Source: Selaginella moellendorffii
Lineage: Eukaryota > Plantae > Lycopodiophyta
NCBI RefSeq assembly: GCF_000143415.4
Contig: NW_003314322.1
Coordinates: forward strand, 1,128,067 to 1,192,066
DNA: 64,000 nucleotides
Direction of reading: 5' to 3'
The notes below the pieces were generated by a model, which saw only the letters and a program-made list of their open reading frames with translations, was not told the origin of the DNA and ran no database searches. Positions within the stretch are counted from its first letter, which is position 1. Every line of letters begins with the position of its first letter. Positions 12,342 through 21,187 of the stretch are shown in pieces. The translations under genes and the position numbers were made by a program.

Positions 12342-13501
12342 ATTCCGAAGCAGGAAAAGCCTGCCGGATCATGGGGACGGCATGGTGGAGCTCACGAACT
12401 CTGGAGTCGGTTCCTTCACGCGAGCAGCCTGAGAGCCACCGCCCCTCCCAGTGAGACTGGAATTTACGTTTTTTTTTACTCGGCTCTAGAAGGTACGCTA
12501 AAACACAGGCCGCGAAGAATCGACCAAATCTCGACCAACTTCGGACCGAGTCAAGCGAGAAACGAGCCATTGATTCCATCCAAGACCGAGTTAAAGAGAC
12601 CCGAGTGAAGAAGATGGTAGGAAAAGTTTATCTATCTTTTCTTAACAAAGAACTTGTGTGTCAGGTTGACTACTATGGCTCTCTCACGCTGGTGAGCAAA
12701 CTTTCGAGTAGAAAAAAAAAAAGAAAAAGAAAAATGGAGCAGTGAATTTTTTTCGATTCTTTTGTTTTGGGCGATGAGCTACGACGAGCGAGAAGTGACA
12801 CGGTTGGTTTTGGAGTGGTTTGGCTCTTGTCACGGAGCCATGAAAATCGTTTCGTTGGTACCAGCGTTTCAGGCAAAAGGCTGGCGGTATCCAATGTTGG
12901 CTCGCTGGAGCTCGGTTGGCTATGGCGGTCATACATAGAGATTCATTCTTACACACAAAAGAAGGATTTTTTAATTTTTTTTCTCTTAGCTAAGTTTAAG
13001 CAGCGGGTGTGAGTGATTCCAGTGTTCCCCCAAATTTGGGGAGGGAAACAAGGGCCGCTGATTCCACCACCACTGATTAAACTCGGGGCCTTGAAAATTC
13101 CTTGCGTTTCTCTCCAATCAGTTCTAAAGCTCGCGAGCTACTAAGTAAGAACTCGAGGTCTTCCAAGTAAGCTCTCTCAGATCTTTTCTCTAGTTTCTTT
13201 TTGGTCGCTCCTTTCACACATGTGAGAATTCATGCCTTTCATTGATTCCTCCATTCATAGATTCTAATTTCTGCGCTAGCTTTCTTTCTCCACTAGCGAG
13301 GCCGAGCTAGTGCTAGCCTCGTAGCTAGCGTTTTCTTTCTCCGCGCGCTTTCTTCCGCTCTTTCGAGATCCTTTCATCGATCCATCCCTTCTTGCCGAGC
13401 TCCCGCGTTTCGCTACGCATCCACATTTCGTCCAGATCGCGAGCACCATCCGGATCGCGAGCGCCACGCAGTGAAGAACAAGGAAGGAGAGCTCCAATCC
13501 A

Positions 13502-15613
13502 ATGGCGATGGCGTCGCCGCTAGCGCTGGTGGCGATGCTAGTCCGCTACTCCCTGCTGATCATGGCGATCCTGGCGATGGTGGCGATGGGGGAGGAGGAC
13601 GACTCCCTCTTCACCGTGGCCAAGCAGTTCAAGCGCTCCGTCCAGAACGTGGCGGCGGGCGAGCCAAGCTCCGGGCTATGGACGTCGCGCGCGCGGCAGC
13701 GTCCCCTCCCCACCAACAAGTTCTGGCAGAACTTCGTGCTCAACAGGGGATCCTCGCCGGAGTACATCCACCCCTACACCATCCAGGCGGGCAACTCCTC
13801 CATCGCCATCGGCTACCCCAAGCGCCAGGCCTCGCCCACCTTGATCGCCCAGATCCACGCCAACGATCTCTTTGTCTCCGCGCGATCGCCATCATCGCCC
13901 ATCATCCAGGTCTCCCACCACGACGACCTCACCGTGACGCTCTCCCTCGGCCAGGCAATGCGCGCGCACCTCCTCCGCGGCAGCCCCTACGTCTCCTTCG
14001 TCTTCTCGGACGCCACGCCGCTCATCGCCAGCGCGCACGCCATCGCCAATCTCTCCCGGAGCGCCGACTCCACCAAGCACACGCTCTTCCTCGCCAATGG
14101 CCAGAGGTGGGTCGTCTACTCCTCCGCGCCGATCCATCTCCAGCTCGATCGGTCCGCGCAGCAGCTCTCGGCCAGCGGCGATGGCTACTCGGGCGTTCTT
14201 CGCATCGCGCTCGTCGCCACCCCCAGCGCCGAGCCACTGCTCGATCGCTACAGCGGCTGCTACGCGGTGGCGTCCTGGGTCTCGATCGACACCGTCTCCT
14301 CCGCGCCGCGCGCCTCCATGGCCTTCACCTACAAGACCCAGGGCCGTGGCGACCTCCTCCTCCTCGCGCTCCCCCTCCACCGCGCCGCCATGGACTACGC
14401 CACCGCCGGCGCGCGCCCGCTCCCCCAGCTCCGCTACGCCAGCATCGACGGCGAGCTCCAGGGCGTGGTGGGCAGCCTCTGGAAGCTCGACTCCAGCGCG
14501 CCCATGGCCGCCATAGCCTGGCACTCGGTGGCGGGGATCCGCGAGCCCACTGCAGCTGGGCGGCTGGGCGCGGCCCTCGCCCGCGACGTGGCGGCGCTCC
14601 GCCCGATCAACACCTCCTCGACGTACTTCTTCGGCAAGGCGGTGGCGCGCGCCGCGCGGCTGGCGCTCATCGCCGAGGAGATCGGTGCGCCCGACCAGGC
14701 GGCGGCGGTGGCGGCGTTCCTGGATTCCAACCTCAGCCCCTGGTTCGATGGATCCAACGCGGGGAACGCGATCGTCTACGATGGGCAGTGGGGTGGATTG
14801 GTGAGCCAGGCCGGGGCTTTCGACTCGGGCGCGGACTTTGGCCTGGGAGTGTACAACGATCACCACTACCACTGGGGCTACTTCGTCTACGCGGGCGCCG
14901 TGCTCGCCAAGCTCGATCGCGGCTGGGGCGAGCGCTACCGCACGAATCTCTACTCGCTGGTGGGCGACTACATGTCCCCGGCGCCGCCGCGCTCCGGATC
15001 ATCGCGCGCGAATTTCCCGCGCTTCCGCCACTTCGATCCGTGGGTGATGCACTCCTGGGCGGGCGGGCTGACCGAGTTCGCGGATGGGCGCAACCAGGAG
15101 AGCAGCAGCGAGGCCGTGAATGCCTACTACGCGGCGGCGCTGCTGGGGCGAGCCTACGGCGACGAGGATCTCGCCAACACCGGCAGCGCCATCGCTGGAT
15201 TCGAGGCGCTGGGCGCGAAATCGCTGTGGCACATCCGCCGCGACAGCGATCTCTACGAGCCGGAGTTTGTTCGCGAGAATCGGATGAGCGGCGTGGTGTG
15301 GGCGAACAAGCGGGACACCGCGCTGTGGTTCGCGGCCACGTCGGTGCTCGAGTGCCGCGTCGGCATCCAGGTCATACCGGTGACGCCCGCCACGGAGGCG
15401 CTGTACGACGACGTGGACTACAACCGGCAGCTGTATGAGTGGGCGTCGCCGGCGGTGCAGAGCGACACGTGGCGGGGGTTCGCGCTGGCGGTGCAGGCCA
15501 CGTATGATCCGGCACGCGCGCGTGCCAACGTGGAGCTCCTGGAGAGGTTTGACGATGGGAATTCCTTGTCCAATATGTTGTGGTGGGTTTACACGAGGCC
15601 CAGCATCACGTAG
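13502..15613 (+). CDS. Glycoside hydrolase family 81 endo-1,3-beta-glucanase (beta-glucan-binding protein-like), N-terminal hydrophobic signal
   Basis: Intronless 703 aa; LPTNKFW, RGSPY, YNDHHYHWGY, HSWAGG, DGRNQESSSEA, FDDGNS motifs. Confidence 0.96.
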   Translation: MAMASPLALVAMLVRYSLLIMAILAMVAMGEEDDSLFTVAKQFKRSVQNVAAGEPSSGLWTSRARQRPLPTNKFWQNFVLNRGSSPEYIHPYTIQAGNSSIAIGYPKRQASPTLIAQIHANDLFVSARSPSSPIIQVSHHDDLTVTLSLGQAMRAHLLRGSPYVSFVFSDATPLIASAHAIANLSRSADSTKHTLFLANGQRWVVYSSAPIHLQLDRSAQQLSASGDGYSGVLRIALVATPSAEPLLDRYSGCYAVASWVSIDTVSSAPRASMAFTYKTQGRGDLLLLALPLHRAAMDYATAGARPLPQLRYASIDGELQGVVGSLWKLDSSAPMAAIAWHSVAGIREPTAAGRLGAALARDVAALRPINTSSTYFFGKAVARAARLALIAEEIGAPDQAAAVAAFLDSNLSPWFDGSNAGNAIVYDGQWGGLVSQAGAFDSGADFGLGVYNDHHYHWGYFVYAGAVLAKLDRGWGERYRTNLYSLVGDYMSPAPPRSGSSRANFPRFRHFDPWVMHSWAGGLTEFADGRNQESSSEAVNAYYAAALLGRAYGDEDLANTGSAIAGFEALGAKSLWHIRRDSDLYEPEFVRENRMSGVVWANKRDTALWFAATSVLECRVGIQVIPVTPATEALYDDVDYNRQLYEWASPAVQSDTWRGFALAVQATYDPARARANVELLERFDDGNSLSNMLWWVYTRPSIT

Positions 15614-15761
15614 GAGCTTTTTTCATCGTTTTTACTTTCTACTATCTATTACACCTGTTGTAAAAAGAGCTGCGCGCCAATCTTTGAATTCGAATCAAGC
15701 GGGATATACTCCGGCATCTTGGGGATTTGCGTGCTAATTTCATAGATGAGGGGAGTCGAGT

Positions 15762-15856
15762 AGAAAGTTTCTTCTCTCAGCGCAATGGGAAGAAAGTTTC
15801 TTCTCTCAGCGCAATGGAAGAAAGAAAGTTTCCTCTCTCAGCGCAATTGGAAGAAA
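15762..15856 (+). repeat. Three tandem ~29-32 bp units AGAAAGTTTCTTCTCTCAGCGCAATGG upstream of the PR-1 TATA-like box
   Basis: Visible triplication; CCTATAAGA follows at about 15874. Confidence 0.85.
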
Positions 15857-15955
15857 CCTCGAGGAACCGGGTGCCTATAAGATCAATGTAGAGAGTTTCT
15901 ATCATCGCAATCTCCAGCAATCGGGCAGATCCATGCGCGAGAATCCTACGAAAAT

Positions 15956-16461
15956 ATGGACTTGCTCCTTGTGATTGCTCTTGTCTCTATGACCATCGGA
16001 CTCGCCGACAGCTACAGCGCTGCGATTCGGGCCAACCTCCAGCAGGATAATTCCATCGATCAAGAGTTCCTGGACGCGCACAACGCCGCCAGGGCCGCGG
16101 TAGACGTCCCGCCGCTCTCGTGGGACGCGAGCCTGGCCGAGTTTGCTCGGGGCTGGGCGTCCAAGCTGCGAGACAACGGCTGCACGAACTTGGTTCACTC
16201 GGGGGGCATGTACGGGGAGAACTGTGGTACGGGCCCGGAAGCCCCAGCGACGCCGTGGGGCTGTGGGTGGCGGAGCAGCGCTTCTACGATCCGGAGAGCA
16301 ACCAGTGCAAGAGTGGCGAGGTGTGTGGGCATTACACCCAGGTTGTCTGGTCGAGGTCCCAGAAGCTCGGATGCGCGTATCTGAGCTGTGGAAATGGATT
16401 GTTTGTGGCGAGCTGCGACTATTATCCGAGAGGAAACATTGTTGGAGAGACACCATTCTAG
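15956..16461 (+). pseudogene. PR-1 / CAP-domain secreted protein split by a 1-bp deletion near 16222 (pseudogene or sequencing error)
   Basis: Signal peptide, FLDAHNAARA and HSGGMYGEN in one frame; CGHYTQVVW, LGCA and CDYYPRGN in the next. One added base restores YGENLWYG. Confidence 0.85.
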
Positions 16462-17056
16462 AGCGGGGTTTAAGGTCTAACAAACCCTAAAGGTAGTATA
16501 AAGGTAGGGTTTAAGGACCTTAAAGGTATAGATCGTTCAAGGGTTTAACGATCTGTTGCTAAAAGTTGTGAACAGGAGTTTGGATAGGCTTGGTTGCGTG
16601 ATCATGAGCAGAATATGCGCCCTCCTTCTACGTTTGCCTGAATCGTTGGATCCAAGCCGGCGCCGACAAGATTCCCGTGCACACAAAGCGCTGTTTTCTT
16701 GCGCTCGCTTTTGTTTGTTATGGCTCGCCTCGCGTCAAAGCACAAACTCCATGACACCCCAAAAGCCTTCCCTCGTTCTCCTCCTCCTCCGAGAGCAAGA
16801 ACAAGGAGAGAAAGAGAGAGAGGGGGGGAGATCGGGGAGATAGTTTGTTTTGCTTATGGTTTGGGCGATAATAGATATAAGTATTCTCAGTCGACACAAC
16901 ACAACAGAGAGTCGATCCATGCAGAACTGCGCCACCCCACCCCTACTCTTACCCTTCTCCCAGCTCCACTTGGAGTGATCTTCGAAAGTTCCAGTACCAA
17001 AGATCCAGCAAAAGCCCAATTTCCCATCTCGTCAAGCTCGCTGGATCCGAGAGATC

Positions 17057-19168
17057 ATGACCAACAACAACAGCTTGATCACATTCATCCTTCTCGCAAT
17101 CGCCGTCAAAGCACTCGCGGGAGACGATGATCAATGCTTTGGCAGCATCAACAACGCGGCGGCGGGCACTCCCTCGCAGCTCTGGTCCACCGATCTCCGG
17201 AGCTCCGGCGCTCCACTCCCCACCAACGCATTCTGGCTCAACTACGTGCTCCAGGACGGATCCCAGCCCGAGTACATCCACCCCTACTCAATCCGATTCA
17301 AGCAAGGCCTCGTCTCCCTGTGCTATCCCAAGCGCCTCCTCCAGCCCACCGCCGTGATCCAGGTCCACACCGACGATCTCTCCATCTCGTGCAAGGAGGA
17401 GCCCGGCACCGCCTTCGCCGTCTCGGCCTTCGACGACCTCAGCGTCACGCTGGCCAGCCAGGGCCGCCGCCTCACGGTACCGCTGGTCCGCGGCAGCCCC
17501 TACGTCACCTTCCTCTTCCGCGGCGGTACGCCGCTACTGTCCACCATCAACGCGGTGATCAACGTCACCTCCAACCCGGACGCCACCAAGCACAAAATCC
17601 TCTTCAACAGCGGCCAGACATGGCTCCTCTACTCCTCCTCGCCGCTTCCAATCTCCATCGACGCCACCACCAGCAGCTTCGCGCTCCGGGCCGACGCCAG
17701 GCCCTTCACCGGCACGATCCGCGCGGCAGTGCTCACCGACCCCGCCTCGGAGCCCACCCTGGACACATACAGCCAGTGCTACGCGACGCGCGGTACCGTG
17801 GAGTTTCCAGCGCCCTTCACAATGCAGCACAAGTACACCACCGCCGGCAGCACGGGGGAGCTCCTGCTGCTCAGCCTGCCCATGCACCGCAGCATACTGC
17901 AACAAGCCGGCGGCACGGGTACGAACGCCGCCCGCGGCATGCCGTCGCTGACGTACAACAGCATCGACGGTCAGATGGAAGGCGTGGTGGGCTCCACGTG
18001 GACACTCCGGGCGGGCGGTGCCAACGTCAGCTGGCATTCACCGCGCGGACTCCGTGCGGACCCAGCGGCGGCACACGAGATCAGCGCCGCGCTGCAGCGG
18101 GACGTGGACGACCTCCCGGGCGTCATAGTGAACTCGTCCACGTACTTCTTCGGCAAGGCCGCTGCCCGTGCCGCACGGCTCGCGCTCATAGCCGAGGAGG
18201 TGGCCAGGCCTGACTTGACGGGGAGGATTGCCGCCACCTTGAGGAACTCGCTCGCGCAGTGGCTGGACAGTAACCACGCTGTCAATCCAAACATGAGTAA
18301 CAGCATTGGCTATGATCGCCAGTGGGGAGGCCTCGTGAGCAGCGACGGTGCTGCCGACAGTGGTGCCGACTTTGGCCTTGGAATGTACAACGATCACCAC
18401 TTCCACTGGGGCTACTTCGTCTACGCGGGAGCCGTGCTCGCAAGAATGGACCCGGAGTGGGGGAGCCAGCACCGCTGCCAGCTCTACTCTCTCGTGTCCG
18501 ACTACATGCAGCACGGTACCTCGCAGCACAACTCGGGCAGTGCCGCGCGGTACCCCCGCCTCCGCCACTTCGACCACTGGCTCATGCACTCGTGGGCCGC
18601 GGGGCTCAAGAACTTCGCCGACGGCCGCAACCAGGAGAGCACCAGCGAGGCCGTCAACTCGTACTACGCGGCGTCGCTGCTGGGCTCCGCCTTCCACGAC
18701 GCGGCGCTGGCCGAGCTCGGCGTCACGCTGGTGGCCTTCGAGACGCACGCCGCGCAGTCGCTGTGGCACGTACCGCTGGGCAGCGAGCTGTACGAGGCTG
18801 AGTTTGTGGCGCGCAACCGGATGATCGGGGTGCTCTGGGCCAACAAGCGCGACACGGCTCTCTGGTTCGGTCCGCCCGAGTGGCTGGAGGTCCGGCTGGG
18901 CATCCAGGTGCTGCCAGTGACGCCGGTGACCGAGGTGCTTTTCTCGGACACCGGCTTCGCCAGGGAGGTGGTGGAGTGGGCGTCTGCGGCTATGGACTCA
19001 CGGCCCGAGGCCTCTGACGGCTGGAAGGGGTTCGTCTTCGCGCTCCAGGCGAGCTACGACCCCGCCACTGCTCTCCACCACGCCAGGCAGCTCAAGGAGT
19101 TTGACGACGGCAACTCGGCCTCCAACTTGCTCTGGTGGATCCACACACGGGCTGCCAATCGGATCTAA
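17057..19168 (+). CDS. Second GH81 endo-1,3-beta-glucanase paralogue with signal peptide
   Basis: Intronless 703 aa; LPTNAFW, YNDHHFHWGY, DGRNQESTSEA, FDDGNS. Confidence 0.96.
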   Translation: MTNNNSLITFILLAIAVKALAGDDDQCFGSINNAAAGTPSQLWSTDLRSSGAPLPTNAFWLNYVLQDGSQPEYIHPYSIRFKQGLVSLCYPKRLLQPTAVIQVHTDDLSISCKEEPGTAFAVSAFDDLSVTLASQGRRLTVPLVRGSPYVTFLFRGGTPLLSTINAVINVTSNPDATKHKILFNSGQTWLLYSSSPLPISIDATTSSFALRADARPFTGTIRAAVLTDPASEPTLDTYSQCYATRGTVEFPAPFTMQHKYTTAGSTGELLLLSLPMHRSILQQAGGTGTNAARGMPSLTYNSIDGQMEGVVGSTWTLRAGGANVSWHSPRGLRADPAAAHEISAALQRDVDDLPGVIVNSSTYFFGKAAARAARLALIAEEVARPDLTGRIAATLRNSLAQWLDSNHAVNPNMSNSIGYDRQWGGLVSSDGAADSGADFGLGMYNDHHFHWGYFVYAGAVLARMDPEWGSQHRCQLYSLVSDYMQHGTSQHNSGSAARYPRLRHFDHWLMHSWAAGLKNFADGRNQESTSEAVNSYYAASLLGSAFHDAALAELGVTLVAFETHAAQSLWHVPLGSELYEAEFVARNRMIGVLWANKRDTALWFGPPEWLEVRLGIQVLPVTPVTEVLFSDTGFAREVVEWASAAMDSRPEASDGWKGFVFALQASYDPATALHHARQLKEFDDGNSASNLLWWIHTRAANRI

Positions 19169-19182
19169 CTAGCTTAGCCGAG

Positions 19183-19512
19183 AAGCCTGCTTGTGTGCGT
19201 TAACCAGTAAAGCTATCACCACCTTGTTGATGAGAAGCTCCAGCTATGGCATAGAGTTGAAAGCGTTTCCCAGCTGACTCGATAGATCTTCGCCTGTACT
19301 CTCAAGCTCCGAAAGATTCGACCACCTTGAAAAAAAAGCTCGAGTTTTGCAGCCTGTGTGCGTTAACCAGCTTCAAAGTTCTTACCACCTTGCTGAAGAG
19401 CTATCGCATAGATTTGCAAGCGTTTCCCAGCTGCCACGATAGAGCTGTCCCCTGTACTCTCAAGCTCCGAAAAAAGTCGAGAGATTCCCTTGAAAAGAAA
19501 GCTCGAGTTTTT
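19183..19512. repeat. Degenerate two-copy tandem duplication (~165 bp unit) between convergent GH81 and PPR genes
   Basis: TGTGTGCGTTAACCAG, AAGCGTTTCCCAGCTG, CCTGTACTCTCAAGCTCCGAAA and AAAGCTCGAGTTTT each occur twice in the same order. Confidence 0.8.
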
Positions 19513-19526
19513 CCCACCTGGCTATC

Positions 19527-21152
19527 CTACCTTCTCTGACCGGCTGCCGAGGCTTTGAAAGCGTTTTCGAGCTGAACAAACACCGCCGACGTTCTCAGCT
19601 CCTTGGATCCGAAAAGAAGAAACTCGGCCGCCTGCTGTCCCCGGCCGACGTCTTTGTGCATTCCGCAGCCTCCCAGCAACGCCTCCAGTGTCACCGAGTC
19701 GGGATCATACGGAGTAGCGTCGATCACATCCACGGCCTCGTCCAGCCGGCCAGCTCGGGCCAGCATGTCCACCATGCAGCAGTAATGGTCTCTCGTCGCC
19801 GCCACGTCGTGGTCCGCGAGCATGGAGCGAAAGCAGCCGAGTCCCACGTCTACGAGCCCGGCATGGCTGCAGCAGCTGAGGATGGTGATGAAGGCCACCT
19901 CGTCCAGCTCCATCCCCTGGAGCTCCATCTCCTGGAACGCTTGGACGGCATCTCTCCCGTGCTTGTTTAGAGCGTAAGCTCCCACCATCGCCGTCCACGA
20001 GACCAGGCATCGGTGTGGAGCCGAGTCGAAGGCCTCTCGAGCTTCTTGCAGGCTTCCTTTCAAGCCGAAGGCCGTCACCATTGCGTTCCAAGCCATAGCC
20101 GGGTGGCAGGGCATTCTCTCAAACACCGCCTTGGCTTTGTCGTGGCGGCCTGCGAGAGCGAAGGCCTGGAGCAAGCCGGTCCAGGAAGCAGCATCGCGGC
20201 TGTGCATCGCCTCAAAAATCTTCTGCGACTCTTGGAGATGGCCATGTTGAACATTCCCTGCCAGCAAAACGTTCCACGTAAACGAGTTTCTCTCCGGCAG
20301 CCTGTCAAACATCTCCTTGGCTTGCTCGAGCTCCTTGCGCTGGACGAGAGCAGCCAGAATCGCCGTGCACGACACCACGTCGTGCTCCACCATCCTGTCG
20401 AATCCCATCTTGGCCGATTCATAGTCGTCGCGAAGAACATAAGCTTGCACCACCGAGGTCCACGAAACCACTGTTCTCTCGGGCATCTGCTCGAACAACC
20501 TCTTCGTGTCTTCCACACTGCTCTTTCCCGAACCAGACAAGGCCAGCATCGAGTTCCAAGACACCACCGTCCTCATCGGGATGTTCTCAAACACAGCTTG
20601 ACAATCGTAGAACCGGCTGCCGCTGGCAAAAGCCGAGAGCATGGCGTTCCAGGACACCTCGTTGCGTTCGGGCATGTCGTCGAAAATGCTCTTGGCTTCC
20701 ACCACCAGTCCCTGCCTGGCAAATGCTTGCAGCACTGAAGTCCAAGTTACTGTGTCCACCAGTGGCATCCTGTAGAACAAGCGCTCGGCTTCCTCCATAT
20801 ACGCTGCCTGAGCATAGGCCACCAGAACTGTGTTCCAGGTTGCAATGTTCCTCTCGGACGAGCCGTCGAACAAGTGCTTCACCCTGTCCAGATACCGGTT
20901 CTGGGCATACGCCTTCATCATCAAGTTGACGGAGTACGTGTTCGGCTCTGTGATACTATCGAACACTTGGACTGCATCCTGTAAACATCCACACTTGCTG
21001 TACATTTCGATGAGAAGGTTGGCTAGGTAGATGTTTCCTCTGTTGCTGCCGCTGGAGATGAAGTCATGAATTCTCTTCCCCTGAGAGAGGTCCTTCAGGT
21101 CTCCGCATCGTCTCAAACTGCGAGCGAGAGCTTCGATGGATACAAAACGCAT
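19527..21152 (-). CDS. PLS-class pentatricopeptide repeat protein with E-type C-terminus and no DYW domain
   Basis: Intronless 541 aa; repeated F..MPER..VSW..ML.A.A..G units; CSHAGLV and HYCCMVDMLARAGRL. Confidence 0.92.
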   Translation of the reverse strand: MRFVSIEALARSLRRCGDLKDLSQGKRIHDFISSGSNRGNIYLANLLIEMYSKCGCLQDAVQVFDSITEPNTYSVNLMMKAYAQNRYLDRVKHLFDGSSERNIATWNTVLVAYAQAAYMEEAERLFYRMPLVDTVTWTSVLQAFARQGLVVEAKSIFDDMPERNEVSWNAMLSAFASGSRFYDCQAVFENIPMRTVVSWNSMLALSGSGKSSVEDTKRLFEQMPERTVVSWTSVVQAYVLRDDYESAKMGFDRMVEHDVVSCTAILAALVQRKELEQAKEMFDRLPERNSFTWNVLLAGNVQHGHLQESQKIFEAMHSRDAASWTGLLQAFALAGRHDKAKAVFERMPCHPAMAWNAMVTAFGLKGSLQEAREAFDSAPHRCLVSWTAMVGAYALNKHGRDAVQAFQEMELQGMELDEVAFITILSCCSHAGLVDVGLGCFRSMLADHDVAATRDHYCCMVDMLARAGRLDEAVDVIDATPYDPDSVTLEALLGGCGMHKDVGRGQQAAEFLLFGSKELRTSAVFVQLENAFKASAAGQRR

Positions 21153-21187
21153 GTGTCAATTTACAAATCATGTACAGAGTTTTACCG

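Noticed and set aside
12440-13490. miRNA precursor in short hairpins upstream of GH81
   Set aside because: Stems are short and I recognise no conserved plant miRNA sequence.
13471-15438. 655-aa alternate-frame ORF and antisense ORFs over the GH81 genes
   Set aside because: Shadow ORFs expected from very high GC3; low-complexity Arg/Pro/Gly translation.
16465-16550. Interstitial telomeric repeat
   Set aside because: Only scattered AAACCCT / AGGGTTT motifs, not tandem; more like telo-boxes.
13502-19168. Recent horizontal transfer of GC-rich intronless GH81 genes
   Set aside because: GH81 is widespread in land plants and often intronless, and other native exons here (Obg, NPF) are similarly GC-rich.
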